From assembly GCF_006345805.1 (NCBI RefSeq), contig NC_043012.1:50902001-50966000 (forward strand): DNA of 64,000 nucleotides, in the 5' to 3' direction. Positions 39,190-52,157 of the stretch are shown here, in pieces. Each line of letters begins with the position of its first letter. The first letter of the stretch is position 1. The DNA is from Octopus sinensis (taxonomy: Eukaryota). Under the pieces are notes generated by a model. That model was not told where the DNA came from. It worked only from the letters and a program-made list of their open reading frames with translations, and made no database searches. The position numbers were made by a program, and so were the translations under genes.

Positions 39190-39380
39190 TAACTCATGAA
39201 ATGGCGGCGAAATCCTAAGATCGCTGGCGGTGATTTGTCCGCTTTTACATTAGGACTACGAACGTATATGATGCCAACATCACCTTTCATCTTTTCGGGG
39301 ACGATGAAATAAGCACGAGTTGAATACAGGGTACGATGGTAGTCGACTAACACCGTCATACAAACTTGCTGGTCTTGTGT
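39190..39380 (+). mobile_element. Highly degenerate SINE family 1-related copy
   Basis: CACCTTTCATCTTTTCGGGGACGATGAAATAAG resembles the family 1 core. Confidence 0.5.
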
Positions 39381-40124
39381 CAATACTTAAATTCAATAAC
39401 GTATATGAAACAGAATAATGAAACTAGTGGATTTAAAATTCATAACTACAGCGAGAATTCTTATAAGTTACCTATTAGAAGAAATGTTTTCGGCAATGTC
39501 GCGTACTTACTGCAACAAAAATTGTTCGAAAATTGTGAAAAATATAAATGCAGGCTATATAGAAAGAGAAAAAACAAAATTATCGGTCAAATAATCAAAC
39601 ATGTAATTACAAGTAAAATCACAAACTTTATACTGCGAAAAATAGTGAGAAAATACATTTTTAAATATTGTTACTGGCGGTTGTCGAAATGTATAGAACG
39701 CAAATTTACAGCAGATAAGGATATGGGGCAGCTTTCCCTCTTAAAAAACGAATGGAGAGATGTCGTAAATATTTTCCGTGGTGTTTGACAATTTTATCAA
39801 ATAAAATGCAGGAAATAAAGTTATAAGCCGCTCTTGCAAAATCAATTTGAAGGAGGATTGCTTTAATGTCTTTCACAGACAATGGCGACGATCACACGCT
39901 ACACACATTCTTTCCAAGCACTCCTGTAAATAGTGGAAGAGAGGTAGGACGAATTTTACTCAGCCGTTCCGGTATGACTACGTAAAAATAGTGAGAAAAT
40001 ACATCGCAACAGGGTTCGATGTCAATCTTTGCAAAGCGGCTTCATTCTGCGTGCTATTGCTATACATACATATTTATATTTACATATGCATAAACGTATA
40101 CTTACATCCATATTTATATGTAGT

Positions 40125-40470
40125 TTGGGTTTAACTGCCTTTTTTAGCATGTTTGCCGATTTTTCCCGTTAATGTCCTTCAAATTTAGATTACAAATATA
40201 GCAGCCGTGCATGTGATTATAGGGCTCCTGCCATACCATTGGTATCACAATCCTTACACATTTCCTTGCTTCCCTCTAGTCCATTGTCGCAAATGTTCTG
40301 GACATTGTTTACAGACACTATGCGGTGCCCAAAATTTATCTTGATCTCCCAGCTTCACAACACAATATTGCATATATGCTCTTTCAATAAATTCAGTTGC
40401 TTTTTCGCTTTTCAGGTCAGGTGTATTTTCCACAAACATGACAAAACACATTTGGAGAATTAACACAACA
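40125..40470 (-). mobile_element. DNA transposase N-terminal fragment, Chapaev3/CMC-like
   Basis: KLGDQDKFWAPHSVCKQC...LRQWTRGK...W...HGCYIC. The superfamily assignment is from recall and is tentative. Confidence 0.6.
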
Positions 40471-40650
40471 CTTTCTTAAAGAAGACATCTTGCTCATTTT
40501 GTATTGCTTAGTTCACCACATCTTTTACAAAGTATGGAAAAATGAAAAAAAAAACTTAGAATTAGAATAAAGTTATGATCACTGGGTACTGAACATACAC
40601 ACATACATAGTACATATATAGTACACATACATAGTACACACATACATAGT

Positions 40651-40855
40651 ACGCTCAGCTGGCAAAAATGAGTTGTACCTGTATTTCAAAAGGGCCGGCC
40701 TTGTCACACTGTGTGTTACGCTGAATCTCCCTGAGAACTACGTTAAGGGTACACGTGTCTGTGGAGTGCTCAGCCACTTGCACGTTAATTTCACGAGCAG
40801 GCTGTTCTGTTGATCGTATCAGCTGGGACCGTCGTCGTCGTAACCGACGGAGTCT
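40651..40855 (+). mobile_element. SINE 3' portion (family 3-related core with a distinct tail)
   Basis: CTCAGCTGGCAAAAATGAGT joins the shared core seen at 24950-24965 in reverse, followed by a distinct tail ending GTCGTAACCGACGGAGT. Confidence 0.6.
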
Positions 40856-41073
40856 CTTTTTTTTTTTAAACATATATGAATGTACGATAACTTAAAAGCT
40901 AGATTTGACAAGTCAAAAAGATGGTTATATTTAGATTCAGGCTGACGATTTTGTACAGGAATTTTATCTATTTCCTAAACACCAAAACCCATGTAGACCA
41001 GTGTGATCAATACTTCCCTTCAGTTTTCTACACATTACCCGCTTGTTCTCTCTCTCCTACTTATATGCGTTTC

Positions 41074-42165
41074 TTATTTCTTTATTGCCCACAAGGGGCT
41101 AAACATAGAGGGGACAAACAAGATAGACAAACGAATTAAGTCGATTACATCGACCCCAGTGCGTAATTGGTACTTTATTTATCGACCCTGAAAGGATTAA
41201 AGGCAGACGAAATACCTATTTCTTTATTACCCACAAGGGGCTAAACATAGAGAGGACGAACAAGGACAGACATAGGTATTAAGTCCATTACATCGATCCC
41301 AGTGCGGAACTGGTACTTTATTTATCGACCCTGAAAGGTTTAAAGGCAAAGTCAACCTCGGCGGAATTTGAACTCAGAACGTAACGGCAGACGAAATACC
41401 TATTTCTTTATTAACCACAAGGGGCTAAACATAGAGGGGACAAACAAGGACAGACATAGGTATTAAGTCGATTACATCGACCCCAGTGCGGAACTGGTAC
41501 TTTATTTATCGACCCTGAAAGGTTTAAAGGCAAAGTCAACCTCGGCGGAATTTGAACTCAGAACGTAACGGCAGACGAAATACCTATTTCTTTATTACCC
41601 ACAAGGGGCTAAACATAGAGGGGACAAACAAGGACAGACATAGGTATTAAGTCGATTACATCGACCCCAGGGCGGAACTGGTACTTTATTTATCGACCCT
41701 GAAAGGTTTAAAGGCAAAGTCAACCTCGGCGGAATTTGAACTCAGAACGTAACGGCAGACGAAATACCTATTTCTTTATTACCCACAAGGGGCTAAACAT
41801 AGTGGGGACAAACAGGGACAGACATAGGTATTAAGTCGATTACATCGACCCCAGTGCGGAACTGGTACTTTATTTATCGACCCTGAAAGGTTTAAAGGCA
41901 AAGTCAACCTCGGCGGAATTTGAACTCAGAACGTAACGGCAGACGAAATACCTATTTCTTTATTACCCACAAGGGGCTAAACATAGAGGGGACAAACAAG
42001 GACAGACATAGGTATTAAGTCGATTACATCGACCCCAGTGCGGAACTGGTACTTAATTTATCGACCCGGAAAGGATGAAAGGCAAAGTCTACCTCGGCGG
42101 AATTTGAACTCACAACGCTATGCATTTCGTCCGGCGTGCTAACGTTTCTGCCAGCTTGACGCCTT
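41074..42165 (-). repeat. Tandem array of SINE family 1-derived 184-bp units
   Basis: Units start at 41216, 41400, 41584, 41768 and 41952, with a shorter unit at about 41074. The rightmost unit carries the SINE 5' head. Confidence 0.95.
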
Positions 42166-42648
42166 ATATGCGTTTCTGCATATGCATATACCATACGCTC
42201 TAAATCAGTCTTCAATCTGTGAGCCACAACAACCGTTTTTACTTCATAAAACTTTCATTTTAAAAAATTTCTTTTGCGGCCTGAAATGGCCATGTAAAAT
42301 CTGTTTGCAGTTATCTTTTCCAGTCCTTTGTTGTATTGAACTCTCCCAACGTCTCAGTCTCTCATTGAATTCGATACTTTAGGCCGCAGATATTACTTAT
42401 TTCTTCATCATGCACATCATAGCAGACAGTTTTTCAAACACAATATTACAGTACTGAAGGTATCTTCGGCTTTTTATCATTATTGCTATCAAAATGGCAT
42501 ATGCTAGCTTATTTTCTCTTCGGTTTCTACTACATTGTAACTTTGCTTTTACCGTTTCTTGTGAATATGATATCTGAATGTATGAGAAATATCCGATAAA
42601 TTAAGTGAATAATATATACATACATACACACACACACGCACACATATA

Positions 42649-42681
<33 letters not shown>

Positions 42682-42905
42682 ATATATATACACATATATA
42701 AATATAGAGATAGATATACAAATATATTTAGATACTTATATATATTTATATATACTCTATGTGTTTATGTATATATATATATATAGATATGTGTGTATAT
42801 ATATGTATATATATATATGTGTGTGTGTATATATATGTATATGTATATATATATATGTGTGTGTATATATATATGTATATATATATGTATATATATATAT
42901 ATATT

Positions 42906-42973
<68 letters not shown>

Positions 42974-43461
42974 TATATATACGTATGTATTATATTTGTG
43001 TATAAATCATTTCTTCTGTTCTGTTTTGTTTTTGTACGTTGCATCCAAATAAATTAGAACGTAGTTTGTATCTTGTAATATATGGTGACAGCGTCATGTC
43101 CTTTAGTTTCTTGTCATGATTCTATGCTGCAGCTGTCAATGACAATTCCAAAAGAGACAACCATTTTCTTTGCCTGCTAGCAGAGATGTGCTACTTTCCA
43201 ACAGCCAATACGCATTTCGTAAAATCTGCTTACCGAGCGGAACTCAAAGACTTCGTGATCAGCATTCACAAGAAACTCTTCAGAATTTATACACACTTGA
43301 ATGATAATATTAACAACAAACAATGCCACTTAACAAAATCTGAAGGGTTACATAATTTTATTTGTGTCTTTAATTATTTTGTTCAAAGATTGAAATTGAG
43401 AATAATTGTCAATGTGCTACAAGTTATTTTAGCGAAGCATGCACATATACCTGCACACACA

Positions 43462-43492
<31 letters not shown>

Positions 43493-43975
43493 AACCATGC
43501 GCGCGCACACAGGAATCTATACTTGTATACACATGCTATGGAATATATTTGTAAGATTTATAAATGACTGAACACTGGATTAAATCATTTGTCTATCTTG
43601 AAACTACAAAAGCAATGACTAAGGAAGACATAAACAATATATTTATGTTTCAATTTAATTTTTACGTAGTCATACCGGAACGGCTGAGTAAAATTCGTCG
43701 AAAATAATGCTCAGCCATACGTAATGTAATCTTGGTATATATTTTCAGTTACATTCAGACGGAGACGATTCCGATTTTAAATCTGTAAATCTGTACGAAT
43801 ACTAATGTACATAGTATATATAGTATATTTAATGCTTCCGATCAACAACACGCCAGCTGTTGCTTATTTTGATTATAATCACCCCATTTTGACTTATATG
43901 GATAATACTATGCTAAATTCTGGTGCCTTTAACTTAAGTACCGTATTCATTTAAATCTAAATTTTACTAAACTTT

Positions 43976-44034
<59 letters not shown>

Positions 44035-46229
44035 GTAATGGCTTTTTGACAGCATAATGTTGCAGTCCCAAGATGGGACGAATGTTACTGTTATTTATCG
44101 CTAGTTTTCAGCTGGCTATAAGACACAAGGAATTCAGTCCTTGTGTTTTCGAACAGGTGAGATCAGCATCCTCACCCAGCAAAACCTTGAATCCACGGAC
44201 CGGTTTATGGTTTATTGGCCTTTATCAGCGTGAAGAAGCTTGGTTGGATAGTTGTCGCTACTGAACTGCTGTCGAAAATATATAGATATCAAAGTGACAC
44301 ATAGTCATTGATCTACAAAATAGAAATATTATTATTTCTAAATCTCACAAAGAGACACATACAGTAACAGCACCATAAAGTAATAATTTTTGCTAACACA
44401 ATGTGGTAATCTCAAGATGGAACGACTGTTCATTTTATTTAGTCGCTGGAAACATCGTTTCCAGCTGGGTATACGACACAACAATTCTGTGTCCTTATAT
44501 TTTCGAACAAGGGAGGTCAGCACCTCACCCAACCCAACCTCACATCTAGGGCAGATTTTGACCACAGAATATAAAAATTGGACGAACTGCTGCTAAACGT
44601 CTTGTCCGGTGTTCTACTGGTTCTGTTGATTTGGTGCTTTCATACTACTAGTGGTTATTGAATTGGAAAGATATAACAATACGAATTTTATTCCCGATTG
44701 TTTTTTCCTTCAAAATTTGACAGTCACTTTTATCGAATTACGTTGTTTGGGGATGTGCTCAGTCACAGCGGATAAACTATAGATGAAGTGAGAGTACGAA
44801 TTATCCTAAAATCAAATCTCAACAAATCACTGTAATAAGCATATTAAAAGCATAATGACTAAAATATCAGCAAAAATATACATACGCATACGTGTATTTC
44901 TACGCATTTATATACATACACACAAACTTACATGTACAAAAAAATTAATATGAATGTACATGTATTTTTTGTCTTTTATTTTTGAAGGAGATAGTAACCA
45001 CGACCCGTTACAGGGCCTCCGAAACTGACAGGACACTTCGAGAAAACTATAGTTTGGCCGGAAACTGAAACTGAATGCCTCTCACAGTAGGTACTGCTAG
45101 GTGTATTCCGGTGCCAGATGGGTGCTAATCCAGATGATGTGTTAAGTCATGACTCCATAATACCTACGGAGCGACAGAAATACCGCAAATCATTAACATC
45201 CAGGTTTTTATAGTTCCGCCTATCGAACACTGTTATTTATGCATATTTCTTCGAATCCGTAAAATGGGACTCAAATGAGAGTTGAACTTAGAGCGTAGCG
45301 TATCGGAATAAATATTGCGAAGTGTAGTGTCTAACAGTGTAATGACTTTGCCAATTCTCCGTCTTTCATTCAGGCACAAATGTGCATGCACGAACAAACA
45401 TACACGGCTCCGGAAACGCGCACGTATAAAAACACATAAAAATGCCAGGCACAAAAATAGGAAGAGAGCATGTTGAGATAAAAATAATCTAAAACGATAG
45501 AACTGAGTAGTGGAAGACATTGACAGTATAACTGTCTGATTTATGTAACGAATCATTCAATGAGAGAATACAAGAAACAAGCTGTGCTATTTGCAAAATA
45601 CATCTCTCGATATAAAACAATGTCTGTTCCAACGCATAGCCTCACGTGAAGGACGGTGCGAAAGTAAATATACATACAAACACACACAGAGACAAACACG
45701 CGCACACACACACACACATACACACACACACATGCACACGGACACACACACGTGTAGTGATGGTGGTGATCATGGAAGTCAAATCGTGACCAATAAAGAA
45801 CATTTCCTAAGCTCAGTAAGGTCATACAAATGTTGCAATAACAAGCAGTTCTATTGCATGGATTTGCTTTAAGTGGAGAGACTTGAACAGCGCTGAACTC
45901 ACTTTCCAGTGCATCAGTGATAATTACTGGGACCCGAGGGTGGTTGAGTTAGCCAGAAGCTGACTGCACTTCAAGTACATTTCTGTGTGTGTATCTTCTA
46001 AAAGGGAGTTCGAAGTAAGTTCTTCTTCTTTCCCAGTGGTTCGCATGCTGGTTAACGTCAACAGATGGTGTTATTCGGGGTTAGTAGAACGGCTAAGGAT
46101 ACAGGCTAATTGATGTTACCCAACCCCTAAAATTCTCGGAACGTGTGTACCACGGATTCACTATGTATATGTGTGTGTATGTATCCAAGTATATATGTAT
46201 ATATGTGTCTGTGTGTTGTTGAAATATGA

Positions 46230-46233
46230 GTCC

Positions 46234-46313
<80 letters not shown>

Positions 46314-46324
46314 GCCTATCTATA

Positions 46325-46384
<60 letters not shown>

Positions 46385-46386
46385 TA

Positions 46387-46445
<59 letters not shown>

Positions 46446-46490
46446 ATATAATATATATATTATATATATATAATATATATATATATACAT
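46230..46490. repeat. (TCTA)n followed by (TA)n
   Basis: Read directly from the sequence. Confidence 0.95.
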
Positions 46491-46500
46491 GCATACAGAT

Positions 46501-47397
46501 ATGTTTCTTTATTAGCCACACAGGGCTGCACACAGATAGAACAATTACAAGGTAGAGCTTTTCTTTTGAAGGTTTAAAAAAAATAAAATAAAAATAAAAA
46601 ATAAGAAAAAATAAAAATAAAATAAAAAAAAAATAAAAAAAAAATAAAGGGGGGTCGATCAAAAGGGATCGTAAAGAGAGAGAAGAGACCAAAAAAAAAG
46701 GGGGGTTAAAAAAAAGGGGGAGAAGAAAAAATTGATCAATAGGGATCGTTATCACAGAAATGTCAATATGAAGTGTAATGGGGGGACAGGTGAGGTTTAC
46801 CCTGGAAGAAAGCCTACGGAAAAGACCACGGTAACCTCGGTCAATGAAGTCACATGTTATATTCTTTTTTTTTTTTTTTTTTTTTGCAAATAAGCAACTC
46901 TCTGTATTAATTTTTACGGGTCATAGAATCATAGTCAAGGTGGCTTCGTCATTCATACGTGCCATCCTTGCTACATTCACCCCTCTTTTTTAAAACATTC
47001 ACTAGACAAAACTTGCCTCTCTACTCTCACTTTTTTCTTCAAGTGATACTTGAAGAAGTTGATGAGAGATTGACCAGAGAGGAAGTGTTTGTCTCTAATC
47101 CTTTCAGACGCGTCCACCAGATACATTCTTTCGCATAGCCACAAGTATGATAAAAATAGCTCTTCCTTCCCGTTTGAAGAAGGAGGCGTGACGATATTAA
47201 CGATAGACTCGGCTGAAACCGACACGTCCCACACGTGACAGCAGTCGTTCGACATAAGCCCACAGGTGGGAATTGCTGGACATGCACGATTGCGTGCCGA
47301 GCGGTTTCGTCGCTCTGCCCGCATCTCGGGCAGGTCGGCCCCGTGTTTCTCGAGCCATGCCTATAGAGCTTATCCCGAACGGGTAGCGCTTCTACAT
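46501..47397 (-). mobile_element. Tx1/L1-clade LINE 3' end (CCHC zinc knuckle and 3' UTR with AATAAA)
   Basis: ALPVRDKLYRHG...CPRCGQSDETARHA, then FFKYHLKKKVRVER; the 3' UTR ends GGCTAATAAAGAAACAT at (AT)n. Confidence 0.85.
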
Positions 47398-47403
47398 GCA
47401 TAC

Positions 47404-47486
<83 letters not shown>

Positions 47487-47599
47487 CAGATAGATAGATA
47501 GATAGATATATGTGTGCATATATCTATCTGGCATATATGTATCTATATGTAGGCAGACACACTGATAGACACACAGACAGATAGGTAGATGAGAGGGCT

Positions 47600-47826
47600 T
47601 CATAATTGTGCATATATTAGTTTCAAACTTTGGCACGATATCAGCAATTTCAAAGATGCGGACTAGTCCGTTATATCGATCTAATTGTCCAATTGGCGCT
47701 TATTTTATGAAAGGATGATAGTCAAAGTCGACCGCGTCGGAAATTTGAACTCAGAACGTAAAGACAGACGAAATATCGCGAAATGTTTTGCCCGACATCC
47801 TAACCGTTCTGCCAGATCGCCGCCTT
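47600..47826 (-). mobile_element. SINE family 1, degenerate
   Basis: AAAGTCGACC...ATTTGAACTCAGAACGTA...TTCTGCCAGATCGCCGCCTT. Confidence 0.75.
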
Positions 47827-47920
47827 CTTTTGTAACTATACTAACAAATTCTAAAAAGAAAAAAAAAACTCGCATCTATTTCAACAATTGAAGTATTGTG
47901 TCATTTCATGTGATTAGGAA

Positions 47921-48259
47921 AGGAGACCCCAATCGGTCATGAATGACCATGGGATTGCACGTAGAAAGGTACCCTCCGAAGCACAAGTCCGGGCAAGGTT
48001 GTTTATGGAAAGCCAGCAGTCACTCATGCATACTAGCTTCCCTTCTCCACACCACTGATGTTATCCAAGGGAAAGGCAAAGGGGCCGATACAGCTTGGCA
48101 GCAGTGATGTCGCAACTCATTTCTACAGCTGAGTGAACTGGTGCAACGTGAAATAATGTGTCTTGCTCAAGAACACAACACGCAGCCCGGTCCGGGAATC
48201 GAACTCACAACCTCGCGATCGTAAGCTCGACGCTCTAACCAGTGAGGCATACGCCTTCA
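47921..48259 (-). mobile_element. tRNA-derived SINE (family 3), full length
   Basis: Reverse complement of the 20197-20531 family, with B-box GAGTTCGATTCC. Confidence 0.85.
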
Positions 48260-49289
48260 TAATTTCATGTGACTAGAACCCAAATATTCGAAGTAAAGGA
48301 AAACTAGGAATCACTTCCCATAGCCTAATGAGGAACTACTTGCAGTTTGGCCACTCTCTTACTAGGAACAAAACCAACTTCCTCAAAATATGGTCCCGCA
48401 ATATATTTGAATCTATATTCTTTGATATAAAAACCAATAGGATTGGCATGGCTGGAATACGTTTGATAATGTACCTGCACTTTTACGACTGATATCTGGC
48501 GCAAATGAACATTAATAAACAAAAACAAACATCATATAATACACATTACTACAATATTTAACAAAATAACATTGATTTAGAATGACACGTCCCAGTATTA
48601 TAGATGCTATTTAAGCATTATTTTTTATTCAACTTCAATTTACTTTACATAATTTCTCTGGCAACAACTTCAGCGTTACAGTCAATGAGAGTTGGTTAAG
48701 GCTTACTGGCCAACAAGAAAAGGCAAGTGACTTAATAGATAGTGACAAGATTTTGTTACGTGATTTTGGCTGAACAATGTATTTTCTTTGTAAAATCTAA
48801 TATCGCTGACCTCATGGACTCTGATGTATTCCGGGTTTACATCACATTTGAATTTTATTGACTTTGACGCTTTAATAGGTGACTTAATAAACTTTGCCAC
48901 CTTAGCTAAACATGATCTCTAATATTTATATATAAATGACTATTCCTTTACAAGTGTTGGTGACATTATTTCGGTGAAAATTCTAAATATCAAGACAAAT
49001 ATCAATAAGACCAGTGAGAGATAGCAATTTCACTTCACGTTTTAAAATTTACACAACGCCACATCAACACCTTTTCATGATATTGACGTTGAAACATACC
49101 TTATATGTTCAGAAACACCACCACCACCAGAGATGGTCAAACACAGAGATGATAATAATAATAATCATCTTCATCATTATCATTCGTCAAACACAGAGAT
49201 GATAATAATAATAATCATCTTCATCATTATCATAATTATAGTCATTATCATCATCATCATCATCATCATCATGCTATATCTATGATCTA

Positions 49290-50500
49290 GCATAGTTTGT
49301 TTTCTTTCTGAATGAAGACTATGTCTAGCTTCATATTCTTCATTTCATGGCCGCAACGAGGCCCTGTTTCAGTTCCTCCATTACTACTTTCAGGCCCTTT
49401 CTTTCAATATTATACTTTCTTTTCAGTGCCCTCTAACTTTGTTCGCTTTCAAGTTCACCTTTCTCTTTTCGGTCAAACACTGAGATTTCCTTCGAGAGCA
49501 TGTCTAACCCTGCTTGGATTCTTCCTTGCCACCACGATATTTTCATTTGTCACTCCTATTATGTTTCTTTTTCTTGACACTAACACCAACATTTTCTGCT
49601 ACGACAATACTTGCTGCCTTGATTAAATTATTTGTTTGTTCTGATGTGATGTTGCTTGTTCTGATGCATTTCAGAATTGCATTGACATTTTCGTTTCTTG
49701 CTTCAATTTCCATCGATCAACCTTTTTAAGGTTGCAAATAATGTCGCTATCGATCTCCTGTAGTCTTACCTTTATTCTGTCGCAGATTGCCTTTTGTTCA
49801 TCTCTCATATCGCAATTAGTTTTATTGTCTTCTTTTAGATCATCTTTATGTCTCTCATCAAGTAAACTACCACTGCTCCTTTTCTGTGCTATGAACTTAC
49901 TCGTATTAGTAAGAAATGCATTTTCATTGTTATCTCTGCTGTTATTTTCCATGACCCGTCTGTTGATAGCTTCGTTCTAAATGTTGGTTCTGTGAACCAG
50001 CACTTTTTTTTATTGCTCTAGCTTGATCACATAGTCTCTGTTCCGTGAGTTGAAACAATCCCATTTCTCTCCAATGAACATACACACATTGTCGGTAACC
50101 CCTAATTTGTGCACCATTTACATCTACCGGGCTGCTCATGTTATAAAACTCCATAACCACAGCATTAATTTGCTTGCTCCATATACGTTGTGTATGGTGG
50201 ACCCTTTCTGAGTATCAACAGGCTAGAATGTCTGAGTCTACAGAGTGCAACACTGTCACCATCATTGGCTTCAGTTTCATTGCCACCTTTATTCACAATA
50301 TTTTTTTCATTGCCACTCATATGAGGTAGGGATTATCAGGTTGCGCAATTACCGTGTTTTTATTGTGAGGCCATCACTAGATGTATCATTAATCAGCCCA
50401 TCATCACTGATGTCACTGATATTGCTTTTATATGTAGTAGCATCACTGGTTGCAGCAACAGTAACAGTAGCAGAAGTGGGGGTAATGATAAGGGTGGTAG
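49290..50500 (-). mobile_element. R4/Dong-like LINE 5' coding region, 3'-truncated
   Basis: QRIWSKQINAVVMEFY...GYRQ...WREMGLFQLTEQRLCDQARAIKK, the conserved N-terminal motif of this clade, followed by LKKVDRWKLKQET. Confidence 0.8.
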
Positions 50501-50854
50501 TTGGGCCCCAGATGCCTATGCTATCATAATAGTAATAGGTGTAGTATCATTGTAGTATAAGGTTATTTAGTATTAGCAGCTGCAGCATATTTTTTATTTT
50601 TATTTTAATCATTGGAGGAAATAGTTGTGTAGCAGTGTGGTAAATAGATCATATTGTATAGGTCTAGAAATACATTCTGAAGATGTCGGAGCGGTCAATC
50701 ATAGAGACAAAAGAATCTTCGCACCATTTGGGTCGGAAAAGGTCAAAAGTGTTTACTACTACCAGTGGCTATTGAGAGCACTGCCTTGAAAAGTAGCAAT
50801 TCAACTTGTATTTGCAAATACTGGTAGAAAAATTTCATTACATATACATATGTG

Positions 50855-51080
<226 letters not shown>

Positions 51081-51427
51081 CACATATATATATGTACGCA
51101 CGCGCGCACACAAACACACAGTCACACAGACACACACACATACATATATATATTGATATTCACGTCGTTCATTTTTTTGAATTTCTGAATTCATTTATGT
51201 TGTTGCAAAAAGGTGAGTTTACGTCTTTGGCTAATATATTAAAGATTTTTAGCTTTCTTGAGATGTTCGTTTGTCTCTAGGACTTTTGCTATGAAAATGA
51301 TGTTTACATTTTTAATAATCAGGGAGTATCAAAAAGAAAAGAAAACAAGTTTTAAGATTTACTAAATATGGTCTTTTGTATGACCGCACTTATTGATTAG
51401 TTGATTGGTTGATTGATTGATTGATTG

Positions 51428-51978
51428 ATTCAGAGAGCAGTGCATGTCATCAAAGTGACACTGGATTAAATATACGAAGCTCAGTATACCCATCATGACT
51501 ACACGTCTGATAACGGTGCACCAGGCACATGCATCACAAACGTATGTACACGACATGGCGATGTCGTATGAAAATAAACAGCACATGATCTTGCAGGTGG
51601 GGCCCAGCAAGAATTTTCTTCGGATTGAATAGCCATTCCCCTCAAATGGTCATTGAATATGGGTCGTTTAAGGATGTTGAGCGAAGCAATGTTTCGAAAG
51701 GCGAACTATCCGAACCCCAAAGAATTCCTCTCAACACATGGCTATGATGTTCCCCCACTTCTTGTGATGGTTATCATAGATGCACATATCGTTAGCCACC
51801 AAGGGACATGCACAACTGTTTAAGGTCAAACAACTGACAAGCAATCGTGTGCTGTTGAGCAGAATATTTGCCGTAGGCCATCTTTTATATCAAGACAAAA
51901 CTATGTGCACGATTACACTTCCAATCAGTTAAGAGTCGAAGACATGAGAGTCACTGGCTGGAATTGCTTCAGGTCATG
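51428..51978 (-). mobile_element. Unclassified non-coding element of about 550 bp, copy 2
   Basis: Reverse-complement homolog of 33796-34351, flanked by (TGAT)n and (TTA)n. Confidence 0.75.
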
Positions 51979-51989
51979 TATTATTATTA

Positions 51990-52064
<75 letters not shown>

Positions 52065-52066
52065 CA

Positions 52067-52156
<90 letters not shown>

Positions 52157-52157
<1 letters not shown>

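Noticed and set aside
39366-39788. 140-aa ORF
   Set aside because: It is AT-rich, begins in a SINE remnant, crosses a direct-repeat boundary and has no recognisable domain.
41074-42165. CRISPR-like array
   Set aside because: The units are contiguous 184-bp SINE-derived repeats with no unique spacers, there are no cas genes, and the context is eukaryotic.
43186-43554. 122-aa ORF or exon
   Set aside because: It runs into a (CA)n repeat, has no clear donor site and has no recognisable domain.
44110-44270. H/ACA snoRNA (hairpin followed by AGATCA)
   Set aside because: The H-box is not conserved in copy 2 (AGGTCA), and there is no convincing second hairpin with a terminal ACA.
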